Positions 34,300-47,610 of a stretch of 64,000 nucleotides of DNA are shown here, one piece after another. Under the pieces are notes generated by a model, which ran no database searches, was not told the DNA's origin, and worked only from the letters and a program-made list of their open reading frames with translations. Both the position numbers and the translations under genes were made by a program. The stretch is from positions 4,217,553-4,281,552 of the forward strand of contig NC_068994.1 of NCBI RefSeq assembly GCF_001194135.2. The letters are read 5' to 3'. This DNA is from Octopus bimaculoides (Eukaryota). The stretch's first letter is position 1. Every line of letters begins with the position of its first letter.

Positions 34300-34786
34300 G
34301 TACTGTTTCTGAATATCTCCTTCAAAGCAATCCCCTTCCGAAGTCACACACTTGATCCAGCATCGTTTTCATTGATGGAAGCATTCCTGGAACTCGTTTT
34401 GGGGGGATAGCAAGCAGCTGCCTTGTCGTATTCTCTTGGATCTCCTCAATGTCTTGAAATCTTGTTGGGGTCTCTCACTGCAAAGACCGAGCTTTGGTTT
34501 CACGATCATAGCCATAGACCCAGGATTCGTCACCTGTTATAACTGCTTGCAAACAGGTTTCCTCTTCCTCAACACAATCAAGAAGTTCATGAGCAGCTGA
34601 AAACCTGATCTTCTTTTTGAGACAACCACATTTGACACACTTTACTTTCAACCACTGCTATGAACAAAGAAAGAAAGCAAGAACGTTAGAGTTCAAAGTC
34701 AAGCTGTGCCAGGCGGCTTCTCTTTGTGTACTTTAGCTCCGTTACTGTAGCAACAGTCCTGATATTTTTGATAAGATCTCATATAT
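34300..34786 (-). mobile_element. Internally deleted mariner (Tc1/mariner) transposon relic
   Basis: Minus strand VITGDESWVYGYD (first catalytic Asp motif, 34524-34543) fused to RFQDIEEIQENTTRQLLAIPQNEFQECF..W.KCVTSEGDCFEGD; mariner-like TIR TATGAGATCTTATCAAAAATATCAGGAC at ~34756-34785. Confidence 0.85.
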
Positions 34787-35168
34787 ACATATGTACTTTC
34801 ATACATACGTGTGTGTAAGCCTGTATGTTTACAACTTATGCTGAGTCATGCCAACTGGCAGTGATGCTATTGTTTATATTTAAGCTATAAAAAGCTATGT
34901 CATCATTTGTGATTGGGCAACAGAAGAATTGTCTGCTAGCTCTAAGCTTTCAAATTCCTCTGCAATAAAAAAAAGTCTCTTACTTGAAAAACATGTAAAG
35001 GTTGGTGACAGAAAAAGCATTCAGCCATCAATGTCCTCCCATTTAATCCATGCTAGCATGGAGAAACAGACATTGAGCAAAAACCATATAGATTACAACC
35101 AGTGAGTATCAGATGTGTTTCAAGTAAGAATTTGGTAGAATTTTTAAGTATTGGACAGATTGCCTTTT

Positions 35169-35493
35169 GTATTTTAGAAGTTATTTTGTGTTAAAGTTGT
35201 CATTTTTGAGTAATTTTAACCAATCGACGACGTGCATTCAGTTGAAGAAACCTAATGCTGTTTGCAAAAGTAATCAGAGAGCAACAACTTCTGGATCATC
35301 TCTACTAAATGTATTTTTTGACCATGTGTGGATTATTCGGTGAGTTCTTTACATTTAGTAGAGATGATCTGGAAGTTGTTGCTCTTTGAATACTTTTGCA
35401 AACAGCAGTAGGTTTCTTCAACTGAAGGCACATCGTTGATTGGTTAAAATACCCAAATATGGCAACTTTAACACAAAATAACTTCTAAAATAC
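35169..35493. repeat. Long inverted repeat (foldback): ~144-bp arms, 38-nt loop
   Basis: 35169-35312 is about 90% reverse-complementary to 35351-35493 by eye. Confidence 0.93.
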
Positions 35494-35819
35494 GAAATTT
35501 TGTCAAAAATGTTGAAAGTTAACTGTGTTCGGCATGAGAAATTACACCAGTATACAAAGTTTTGAACTGTCAAGTTTAAAAAAAAATAATTAAAAAATCT
35601 GTGAGCCAAACTGAAGAGATCCCACCTTCCTATTAAGAGTAACACCACCGACCAACTACAACACGAACCAATAAAGGGAGTTTCTATGTGGCCAGTGCAA
35701 CATCTAAAAATAGCAACCAAATTCCCTCCATACAGTGGACAACATTAGTTTAGTCCTGAATATAAACGATGGGATGGTCACACTATTGAAATACACCTTC
35801 TTTCCTTCCATATACATCA

Positions 35820-36420
35820 TCACAACTGCTAACTGCTTTTACTACCACCACCACCACCACCACCATCAGTCTTACACCACAATTGCAACCATTATGACCA
35901 CTGCCACCATTAACCATGACTACTACCACCACCACTACCATCATTAGCATTACTGCCATTCTCCAGTACATCACTTCATCTACTTCCACCACTACTACTA
36001 CCAGTACTTCTACATACATCATCACAACCACTATCTACACTTGCCACTACTACAACCATTACTACCAACACAAACTACCTACAACAAATCTTTCAAAGCA
36101 CACCACTTCAACTACCACCACCAATACCTTCGTCCTGCTAATACATCCCCACCACCACCACCACCCTAACAACAACAACTGTAATATTTTCCAGAACATC
36201 ACCACCAGTGCCACCATCGCAATAATCCCCCCCCCACCGGCTGCCAGCTATTCACCCAGACTAACTACAAAGACCTCTATTCACACATACACACTTCTAC
36301 TATATACACCCACACACATACATCATCATCATCACAACTACACACACACACCACACACCGCTAACACCATACACACATACATCATCTCCCTACACCATCA
36401 CCACCACACACTAATATATA
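35820..36420. repeat. (CAC/CAT/ACT)n low-complexity region
   Basis: Degenerate trinucleotide runs; similar tracts at ~33500-33750 and ~61850-62400. Confidence 0.8.
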
Positions 36421-37018
36421 CTAGTGTGTGGTGTGTGTATATATATATATACACACACACACATACGCTCATGTTCCCCCTCCCCCACCCGGACGGGCCT
36501 ATATCTCCCCTCCCACCCCAAAGTGTATACCCACTCACTCAACCATACACACGTCCCCCACCATCTCCTCTCACAGGATTTAAACAAAACAACACAGTTA
36601 GTCAAGGAGGCGGTGGCGATGGTGGTCTTAGTATACAACAGTGGGGAAGGGGGGAAGTGAAACGAAGGTGGTGGGTGGTTAGGGTGTGTATGCTGGTAGC
36701 ATGGAGAACCGGTGGTGGTGGCGGTGGTGATGTTGGCCATAGGTACAGGGGTGGCGGAAGGAGAAAAAGAAGGTGGCAGGCGATACAGGGTGGGGTGGAG
36801 AAAAAAAATCTGGTTGAGGTAACAGGGTGGGGGAGGGCGTGTCATGTAAGCAGCTGTGGCAAGGGGAGGAGGTAACGGTAGTGGGAGATGTGCTGTGAAG
36901 AGAAGGTAGCAATGGTCGTAGTAGCAGTAGTGGTGATTCTAGTATGTATGTGTGTGTAGATGTATATCTTTCTATTTGTACATGTATGGCTGTTTGTATG
37001 TGTGTGTGTATATATACA

Positions 37019-37057
<39 letters not shown>

Positions 37058-39859
37058 GATATGTGTACACACACACACGAGTGTGTGGGGGGAGGGGAGA
37101 TGGGAAAGTTAGTAATGATGGAAGATATGGCAAGTGAGGGAGAGGGGGTAAGGGTGGTTTNNNNNNNNNNNNNNNNNNNNNNNNNNNNNNNNNNNNNNNN
37201 NNNNNNNNNNNNNNNNNNNNNNNNNNNNNNNNNNNNNNNNNNNNNNNNNNNNNNNNNNNNNNNNNNNNNNNNNGGGGTGGCCTTCAGACTGGTAGCCATG
37301 ATGATGATGATGATGGAGTGATATGAAGGAGGTGGTTGGAGTGGTGGAAGTGGTGGTAATGACTGAAGTGGAGGGGTGGTCGCCATGGTTGCACTGAAGT
37401 AGGCGGGCTGGGGGGGGGGAAGAGGTGGTGGCGGCGGCGGTGGTGTGATGTTGGAATAAACACAATATAAAAGGCTTTCAACACCACTTCCTATCCAACA
37501 CTCATATACACCAGTGTATATATATGTGTACATACATATCTTTGTATACACACACACATCTATATATAAAAGCTTACATGTATATATGTATACAAATGCG
37601 CATACACACACACACATATATACATATACATACACATATTCCTTTATATCATCATCATCATCATCATCATAATTGAATGCCAAATGAAGAGGCGGGAGTG
37701 GCTCAGGTTAGCTTGGGTTGGACAACCTGACAGGGTGTGATGATTCAGAGGACAATATCTTCTTCCCATGTCTGTACTGGCATAGGTTTCTATGGCTGGA
37801 TGCCCTTCTTAATGTCAACCAGCTCACAGAGTGTGCTGGATGTGTTTTTCTTGTGGCACCAGCACCAGTGAGGTGGCCCTGAGCCTTGTAAGACTGAGGG
37901 CCTCAAGAGGAGAGTACTAGAGAGAGGAAGGGAGAGCGTGTGTGTGTGTGTGTGTGTGCTGATGTGAGGGGGTGAAGTGTGAAGAGAGGAGGAGATTGAT
38001 AGCTGTGAGAGGGTGGTAGTGGAGGGAGTAAAAGAATAGAAACTACAGGAGGGAGGGAGGAGAGGAGAAGGGGTGGGAAAGGAATTAGGGAGAAAGAAAG
38101 AGACAGAGGGATAAAGGTGACAGGATTGGCTATGTAGGGGAAACTGGAGCCACCCCACATGATAAGGGTATGAACATGTAGGGGAGAGGGGGAGACACAG
38201 ATGGGTTTGGTATCTGGAAAGAGAAAGAGTGATGGAGAAATAGAGAGGTGCGTATGTAGGGAATGTCATGGAGGGGGGGGGGTCAAAGATGGAGAACTGA
38301 GAGGGTGTTCTGATAGAGGCAGAGCTTTGAGAAGAGGTACTCCATCAGTTACGATAATGAGAGTTCAGCTGATCCGATCAATGGGACAGCCTGCTTGTGA
38401 AATTAACATGCAAGTGGCCGAGTACTCCACAGACGCATGTACCTTTAACATAGTTCTCAGGGCAACCCAGCGTGACAAGGCTGGCCAGCAGGGGTTTGGC
38501 AGGGGAACAGGGACTGTAGAGATGGAGCTGGAAGACATAAGCAGTGAAAGCACCATGGGAGGAGCACTGAGAAAACAAAAACAGCATAAGTATCTCAGCC
38601 ATCAATGTTCCCCTTGTTAATGCTCTTTCTGCCAAACATTTTTTTTGTCAGAGAGAGCGGGTTTTCTTCATGTTGTTGCCAGTTGTAACAGTAACTTGTG
38701 AGGTTCAGCCTTTTGAGCTCAGTTTTTCTCTACTTCATCCCATACAATAAAAAAAATAGAGAAACCTATTTGTTAATTTTAGGCTTTATTAAACATACAC
38801 ATGTTTCAGTAAATCAGCTGACAGAATTGCACAATCATTTGGTCAAATCACACAATCTTCTTGATGCACCTCGTCAGTGCTTTTAGCAAAACTTACAAAG
38901 AACAACGTGAAATTTGCTCAATATATACACACACATTTATATGTATATGCATTTCATCATCATCATCATTAAACATCCGTTGTCCATGCTGGCATGGGCT
39001 GGACAGATGAGGGGCTACATCAGATTCCAGTCTGATCTGGCATGGTTTCTACAGCTGGATGCCTTTCCTAACACTAGCCACTCCAAGAGTGTAATGAGTC
39101 CTTTTACGTGCCACCGGCATAGGTGCCATTTCTGTGACACCAGTATCTGCCACGACTGTTTTCACTTTGCTTCATGATTCGTCTTCTCAAGACAAGCAGA
39201 GGAAATGTTGGGTCTATTCTTTGTCATGCCAGTCCTCACACAGCACTACAGCAAGGTGGAAATGAAGTGTCTTGCTCAAGAACACAACACGATGCCCAGT
39301 CTGGGAATGAAACCTATGATCTGGCAGTCATGAGTACAACATCCTAACCACTATGTCAAAGAAGCGCTGTGTTCCACCCACATGTAACAAGAAAACTTCT
39401 CCCCCCCCCCCCAACAAGCCAAACTACATCTTTTCTCTTCCTCACATTTCCTCCTTCATGCACTATACTTATCTCTCACTCCCCAATCCTGTCTTCATGG
39501 GGCTCTGTTTCTCTGTATCATTGCAGTCTGATAGCTCCTCCCCCACTCTATATACCCAGGTTTTTCACCACTCGTGCACTTCACTCTCCACTCTATAATC
39601 ACGCTCTTTGGTAATGTCCTGCCACCTATATTATGACCTTTGAACCTCAAGAGTATGCCCTGGCACTTGCCACCATCTATATCTCTCTCTTCTTTTATTT
39701 GACCATCCCCCATTTATATTCTGATCCCTATCCCTTGTGAGTATGCCCGACACTTTGCCACCATCTCTTTCCTGCTCTTCCCTCAGGTTGGGTCACCATG
39801 CATTTCCTTTGCAGCAGCACACCTGTTTCTGAACTCATTCCTGATCTCTCTCTCTCTCT

Positions 39860-40305
39860 CTCTGGCCAGGTAACCTCCTCTGCAGCAAGACACCAGTTTC
39901 TGTCTCTCTGTCTCACTATAACCTATCATCATCCAACACAAAATCATTTCCTCCAATGCCCCCCACCCATGCAAAAGAGTTTCTTTTTGTCTTGCAAGTA
40001 CTTGGTCACCCTGTCAGTGCAGGTGCCACTTAAAAAGCATACAGCCCACACTGTAAAGTGGTTGGGTTAGGGTTAGGGCATCCAGCTGTAAAAACCTTGC
40101 CAAAACTGACCTCGCCTGTGCTTGTGCCACGTAAAAAGCACTAAGTCCACTCTGCTGAGTGGTTGGTGTTAGAAAGGGCATCCCGCTGTAAAAACCATGT
40201 GAAACAGACATAAAAGTCTGGTGCAGTCTTCTGCCTGGCCAGTTTCTGCCAAACCATCCCACCCATGCCAGCACAGAAGGCAGACGATAAACGATAATGA
40301 TGATT
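39860..40305 (+). mobile_element. Long family C copy with 5' extension (possible LINE 3' end shared with the SINE)
   Basis: CAGCAAGACACC.GTTTCTGTCTCTCTGTCTCACTATAACC...TTTGTCTTGCAAGT is also found at 45330-45690, continuing into the family C body and (GAT)n tail. Confidence 0.75.
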
Positions 40306-41406
40306 AAATGAACATGAGTTACAAGAAAAAACTCAAACTGACCAGTGACTTCAATTTAGACAACATAGACAAATACAAGTATATTATACACCACTTGACA
40401 TAAATTCATAATTTATGGAAATCCTCCCATCTCTAGAGGATGTATCATAATTAATGAATGGGAAATGAGAGAGTTTCATACACAAATGGGAGATAAGACC
40501 AAGGATTGAGAATCCTCTAAAGATGACATGTGGTTAGGGATAAGGAAAAGCTTATTATCTAGAGATGAGGGGACAGTTGTGGACATGTGTTTCGAGCAGA
40601 AAGGGTGTCAAATATTCACATATATATATATGTCTCTCTCATACACACATACATCATCATCATCATTCAATATCTGTCTTCCATGCTAGAATGGATCGGA
40701 TGGTTTGACAGGAACTGGCAACCATACCCGGGTTCCATTGTCTGTTTTGGCAAGATTTCTATAGCGGGATGCCCTTCCTAATGCCAACCACATTACAGAG
40801 TGTACTTGGCTGCTATGTGGCACCAACCACATGTGTATGAGTGTGTACACAAACATCCCTTAACCCACCCCACTGTTTTCCCTAATGTGATTCCTATCTT
40901 TGCAACAAATCCCTTCCTTTCTACAAATGCCCCACCACCACCACCATATTCTTCCACACCAATATTTCCTTTAATATTTCTGTTTTACTTAACACTCCCA
41001 GAGGAAACCCAGCCAATACCACCCCTTGAAAAGACAAACCCATCATCAAGATGTTGCTACACAGGATTGATGTAGAATAAGGGTGGGCGGGTGGCCGAAT
41101 ACTGCCGTTGGGTACATATAGTCCAACCCTTGAAAAGAAAATCAGCACAGCAAAATCTAAACTGGAGATGAACATACATACACACACATGTATGTATGTA
41201 TGTGTGTGTATATATATATATATATACACATATAAGCATAAATATGTATACATACTTTTGTGTACATACTTTTGTGTGTATATATATGTATATACATATA
41301 TGTTTATATGCATATGTATATGAAAATTATACATACAATTGTGTGTGCATGTGTAGGTAGGTATATATGTACATATGTACGTACGTATGTATGTATGTGT
41401 ATATAT

Positions 41407-41442
<36 letters not shown>

Positions 41443-44154
41443 GTATATGTATACTTATATGTGTATGATATTAAATACAAATATATTTATATACAACTAG
41501 AATGATTAACCTCGCCCTCATCCTATCTCTCTCTGGAGATCATCTTGTACCAGACACACACACACACACAAACACGAGAAAGTGTAGGACGAAGGCAGCA
41601 GTAAAAAAGCATTGGGGGGAAGGGGAGGAGAGAGAAAAAAGTGTGGATGGATGAGAACAGCTTGGAGATAAATAGATAGTGAGAGATAGAGAGTGATGTG
41701 GTAGTTCTGTGAGTTGTCATGGGAAGGGTGGGGGGAGAGGAAAGAGAACGAAGACCTTATTACAAGGGGGTGGTAGTGGTGGGGGGAAAGGAAAAGAAGG
41801 GGGAGTGCGGTTGGAGAAACAGGTCATTGGCAAGGGAGATAATTCGGAACGAGTTGGGGAGAATTAACTAAAAAGTTTTTTTTTTTTTGCATCAAAGAAA
41901 TTCTCTTGTGTTTAATTAATTTTAGCACTTAATTAAGGAAAGATCTGTAACAGTTAGTGTATAAATTATGCATAAATTATTAGTATATAAATATATATAA
42001 ATAGATGCTGATTGACGTGTATTTCTATTCCTTGATTTGAAGCCTTCCAGTATGGCCATGCTGGGGCACTACCTTCAAATGTTTACACACGGACACGCAA
42101 ATACATACATACACACATCCACATATATATATATAAATGCACATGCATATAACGTTTCTGTCTGTATAAAATTCAATAGTTTTTACGATCATGTATGAAT
42201 AATTATTTGCATAATACAAAATGTAAGGTGTATATTTTTATATGCATAAGCTTTTAATATTGTTTAATAATAAATAAGACTCGACTGCCGGTTGCATGGA
42301 TATTCTTCATTTAAATTACGTCACTAATACTGTTCAGATATGGATGAACCTCACATAATCTCATCTCGTTTGTTTTTAATTAAAAAAAACTGCATAAAAG
42401 AAATATTGTGGGACATATTGATCTATTAATTTTACAATACAAAATGCGTTTGCATACATATATGTGGATGTGCATATATAACACGTTAATATATACACAT
42501 ATATATACGATAAAACACACATATACACACTTCTATGTACGTGTCGCACATTTATGTGTGTGTGTGTGTATTTGGGAAATCCTCAGGTGCTAATTTGTCT
42601 GTGTGTCTAGGTATATGAACTTAATAAACGTATATTGTGTAACAGCATATATGTACAGAGAGAGAGAGAGATTCATGGATGCAGACGGACAGATAGGTGG
42701 ATAGCAAAGTAGAAGAAACCTCAACGAAAAAGGAGACGCATTGAGAAATCAATAGACAGACATACGGCCAGGATAGATGTAGAATTAAATGTATGTCTGC
42801 CTGTGTGGCTATGTGAATTTCTAGCATGGTACAAGCGTTATTTCACAGGGATTATTTAAAGGATGCACGAGAACAACGAACAATTTCACAGGCACTGGCG
42901 CTTAAATATAATGTCAGTGGATAACAGACGAAAATAATTAGCACTTTATACCTGACGTTGGTGTATTTCACTAATTTCTTGCCTCCTCCATCGATTCACT
43001 TCGACCCGTGTCTCAAGGCTACTCGCCAGTTTATATTTTTTTTTTCTTTTAGCCCCGAAATGTCGGATATATTTTCCCCGGGACTTTTACACCGGTGCCC
43101 CCCCTCCTCCACTTATACTTTTCTTCCGCCCCCTAATGCAACTTTTAACGATAAGCAACCGACTACACGCAAATATTTATTAGAAATAATCATGATTATT
43201 ATTATTATTATTATTATTGTTGTTATTATTATTATTATTGTTATTCGAAATATGTGTTCACAAATAAGGATTTCTCTATTTGCCTCAAGAGGTACCAAAA
43301 TGACACTTGCATCGATGTTGAAAAGAAAATAATGTGAACAGTATTTTTAAAAATAAATAATAAATAAAAGCATTTTTATTAAAAAAAGAAATTTAATATT
43401 TTATATATCGATTATTTAGAATATAGTTTTATAAAAATATGGTAAGTCAATTTATCTGCTGATAAATCCCAAAATGTGGACTAGCAATATCAGGCAAATT
43501 TAGGACAGGTGAAAGAAAACGAACTACTTCGTTGTGGTTAGGTTCCTTGCTTTCGCTTCGATCTAACCTGTTAACGTAACTGGGGGAGGGTTGATCCATC
43601 GCCCTAATATCCATGCTGGCGCACACTCATTTAATCTCTTTATTATATCTATATTTATATGAGGGATTTTTGGTGGAGTTTTGGATCTGCTGTCTCAGAT
43701 CTCTTGGAGCAAGGAAACGGTTACGGAAATGTGTGGTGGGAGAGACAAAAATGCAAAAAGTTAGAATTGTTGAAAAAAAAAAAATTGTTTTGTTTAGTTA
43801 ACCTCAGAATCGCAATTTCCGTTGCAGGGATCACAGAAATACAAAAAGAAAAAAAGAAAAAAACGACTATCCTTTTTTCCTTTCCTAAGAGATTTCAGCT
43901 GTTTTGAAACCCTGTTGCTTTTTCCTTCCCCTTATTGAACGCTTTGTTTGAAGATCTGGACTCGGTCGTTAACCTCCTTGTCCACCATACGACCCCTTTT
44001 TGTTATTGGCATTAAGCAGAGAAAATCGCAACGATTTTGCAGAGGAATATAGCAAAACAATTCTCCCATTCTAGGGAGACCCAGGTGACAACTGGGCAGG
44101 TCCTACATGGAAAAACAGGTCCTACATGGAAAAAACAGGTCCTACATGGAAAAA

Positions 44155-44415
44155 CAGTCTGTTTTGTCGAACCGCTAAGTTATGGTGACGTAAACACACC
44201 AGCATCGGTTATCAAGCAATGTTGGGGGGTCAAACACAGACACAGACACACATATATATGACGTGCTTCTTTCAGTTTCCGTCTACCAAACCCATTCACA
44301 AGGCTTTGGTCGGTCCGAGGCTATAGGAGAAGATACTTGCGCAAGGTGCCATGCAGTGGGACTGAACCCAGAACCATTTGGTTGGTAAGCAAGCTACTTA
44401 CCACACAGCCACTGC
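44155..44415 (-). mobile_element. SINE family A copy, 3'-truncated, preceded by a 3x 19-20 bp direct repeat
   Basis: GAACCGCTAAGTTATGG...TTTCAGTTTCCGTCTACCAAA...CTTACCACACAGCCAC; CAGGTCCTACATGGAAAAA x3 at 44097-44154. Confidence 0.85.
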
Positions 44416-44599
44416 TGCACCTATACACAAAATGTTTTAACAATTTTTTAATACAATTCTTAATAATATTTAATTATAAAAATACAATAATGTTTTCTTT
44501 TTTTTTAACAGAGAATTGGCTGAGGGTCAACATACATAAAATAGAAATCAAAGCGGTCCATTGGACGAAAAGGGTTGAGAATCACTGTTCTAGTTGACT

Positions 44600-44880
44600 T
44601 GGCCTTCACTTGATTTTAAAGCTGGTGCCACGTAAAAGGCACTGGGGCAGGTGCCACATAAAAAGCATTGGGGCTGGTGCCACATAAGAAGTACTGTTGC
44701 TGGTGCATGTAAAAAAGCACCCAGTACACTCCGTAAAGTGCTTGGCATTCGGCTGCAGAAACCATGCCAAGACAGACTGTAGAACCTGGTCCAACTCTCC
44801 TGCTTCCTAACTCCGGTCAAACTGACCAACCCATGCCAGCATGGAAAAATGAGTGTTGAATGATGACGACGACGATGATG
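44600..44880 (+). mobile_element. SINE family C copy with 4 internal ~26-bp units
   Basis: GGTGCCACRTAAAAAGCA-like units, then CCCATGCCAGCATGGAAAA...(GAT/GAC)n. Confidence 0.8.
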
Positions 44881-45329
44881 ATAGAAGATGGCCCTCAGCT
44901 GTACCTCTATCTCTCCCTCTCTACTACTCTCTCTTCCCCTTCCCAATCACCCCCCCCCTCTCTCTCATACACACACACATAAGTTGTGGTGTGGCAGAAA
45001 TGTACATGGAGATAAATAGCTTATGGGTCGTGGTGTGTGAATGAGCTCTTTAAGTAGTGGCAGGATTAACAGTCAGTTTAGCGAGGATTTAGTAATCTAC
45101 AGGTGTCTACACACAGGATCATTCCCCTCCCCCACCGTCTCAATACTTCACTTTAGTCTTGTTATGCAAGTTGTTGTTGTTGTTTAACCCCAGGTTAACT
45201 CTGATTAAGCAGACCTACGATCAGTACTGGTGGATCATTGTGGCCATCCTGCATAATTTTGTATTTCCTCTCCCTCTCTCTCTCTCTTTCTCTGTCTGTC
45301 TCTGTCTCACTCTCTTTCTCTCTCTCCCT

Positions 45330-45690
45330 CCGACCAGGTAACCTTGAACCTCCTCAACAGCAAGACACCTGTTTCTGTCTCTCTGTCTCACTATAACCTT
45401 TTCATCATCCAACACAAGATGACCTCCTCCTCCTCCTCCAATGCCCCTCCCTTCAAAGGATCTTTGTCTTGCAAGTTACTTGGTGACTCTGCCAGTGCTG
45501 GTGCCGCATAAGAAGAATCCACTCCACATTATAGAGTGGTGGGTGTGAGGCAGAGCATCCAGCTGTAAAACTCATGCGTGAACTGACACAGGTGTCTGGT
45601 ACAATCTTCTGGCTGGCCATCTCCGGTCAAACTGCCCATCCCATGCCACCATCGAAAGCGAACATTAAACGATGATGATGATGATGATAT
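45330..45690 (+). mobile_element. Long family C copy with 5' extension
   Basis: Paired with 39860-40305. Confidence 0.75.
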
Positions 45691-45867
45691 ATATGTGTAT
45701 GTGTACACATATATATATTCAAATGCTATGCTGCTTGATACCTAAACACACCATCTATCTTCACACATTTGCATAAAACTCAATAGAATCACCACATTCA
45801 TGCATATATGCACATAAAACACACACACACACACACACAATATATACATATATAATATATTACACAC

Positions 45868-45929
<62 letters not shown>

Positions 45930-46277
45930 TTATATATATATATATATATATGTATATATGTCAACTAATATAGAACGTTTAGCTTCCTCTCACACTGTTT
46001 GTATATCCATCCATCATAAAGTAGAAATGACATCAATCACCCTTAAATTAGAAAAAAACCCAGCCAAACATCTCCCCCACCCCCACCACGACCACCACCA
46101 TAGATGCCGATCATATCCTGCTAGCTTTAAAAATTCTAGAACACACTGGATTATTTCACAGCCTTATTTTCACTGAAATACACGGTGAGGGAGGATCATA
46201 ATAGGATTGGCAGATCAGTTTCAAAATGAACATTTTTAGTTCTTCCACACATACGCGTCTATGCACATCTTTATATG

Positions 46278-46328
<51 letters not shown>

Positions 46329-46369
46329 ATATATATATATACATATACATACACACACACATAATATAT

Positions 46370-46585
46370 ATGGCCGTTGCCAGTACCGCCTGACTGGCCC
46401 TCGTGCTGGTGGCACATAAAAGCACCCACTACACTCTGAGTGGTTAGCATTAGGAAGGGCATCCAGCTGTAGAAACTCTGCCAAATCAGATTGGAGCCTG
46501 GTGTAGCCATCTGGTTTCGCCAGTCCTCAGTCAAATCGTCCAACCCATGCTAGCATGGAAGGCGGACGTTAAACGATGATGATGA
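46370..46585 (+). mobile_element. SINE family C copy
   Basis: GCATTAGGAAGGGCATCCAGCTGTAGAAACTCTGCC...GGCGGACGTTAAACGATGATGATG. Confidence 0.88.
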
Positions 46586-47021
46586 CAGTAGGAGGCACTC
46601 GCCCAAGGTGCCATGCAGTGGGACCGAATTTGGAAACATGTGGTTGTGAGGCAAATCTTCTTAGCACACAGCCACGGCCGTTTCTCTGTATCATGGCTAT
46701 CCGTTAGACTCCCCCCCATCCATATACCCAGATTTTCACCACGGGCATACTGACAAGGGACGCAGATCAGAATATAAATGGGATGGTCATATAAGAACAG
46801 AGAGAGAAATATAGATGATGGCAAGTTCTAGGGCATACCGTTGAGGTTCAAACACCATAATATAAGTGGTAGGACATTGCCAAAGAAGCATGTTTAGAGA
46901 GTATGGAGAAGTAAGTGGTGAAAATCTGGGTCCGTATGTCCTCAAACAGGGGAGATAAGCACCTCCACCCAGCAAAGCCAGCATCCAGAGCCTAGTCTCA
47001 GAGTCATTGCTCATCATCAGT

Positions 47022-47610
47022 CTGGAGTAGCTTGTTACCACTATAACATTAGTTTAGCCTGGTACATGCAACCATTATAACATTAGTCTTGTCTGGTAAT
47101 TGTCACCACTATTGCATTAGTTTTGTCTGGTAATTGCTACCACTATAACATTAGTTTTGTCTGGTAGGCAATTTCACTGTGGCATCAGATTTGTCTGGGA
47201 TTTCTTACCAATATGTAAAATAGTTCTGTCTGAATTTAGTACCATCATGACATTAGTTTTGCCTTGTGATTAATACATTAGTTTTGTCTGGTAACTGCCA
47301 TGACCATTCCATTAGATATATCTGGTTATTGCTACTATTATGCCAAAACATTTTTTTATAGGGAATGTTACCAAAATGGTATTAGTTATGTCTGAGAACT
47401 CTTACAGTTATGACATTAGTTTTGTCTGGGAACTGTAATTTCTATGTCATTAATTTCACTGAGAACATTCATCCATATTCCATTAGTTATGTCTGGCAAT
47501 TTCAACCAACATGCTATGGGTTTTGTCCAGGAATTTCCACCACCGTGGCATTAGTTTTGTCTGGGTACAACAACAATAACAGCAACTATTACTCTGTTAG
47601 TTATGTCTTG
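47022..47610 (+). repeat. 34-bp degenerate minisatellite, about 16 units (ACATTAGTTTTGTCTGGTAATTGCTACCACTATA)
   Basis: Units start at 47046, 47080 and onward with 34-nt spacing; the CATTAGTTTTGTCTGG core recurs. Confidence 0.88.

Noticed and set aside
35916-36875. 319-aa Thr/His-rich ORF (and similar ones at 33490-33751, 47864-48610, 61494-62407)
   Set aside because: Translations of (CAC/CAT/TA/TC)n low-complexity DNA.
40063-40079. Short GGGTTAGGGTTAGGG run
   Set aside because: Small slippage expansion of the GGTTAG(G)AAGGG motif inside a family C copy, not an independent telomeric element.
47022-47610. CRISPR-like array (also considered for 11162-11340 and 12807-13302)
   Set aside because: Eukaryotic DNA, no cas genes, and the 'spacers' are diverged copies of each other rather than unique sequences.
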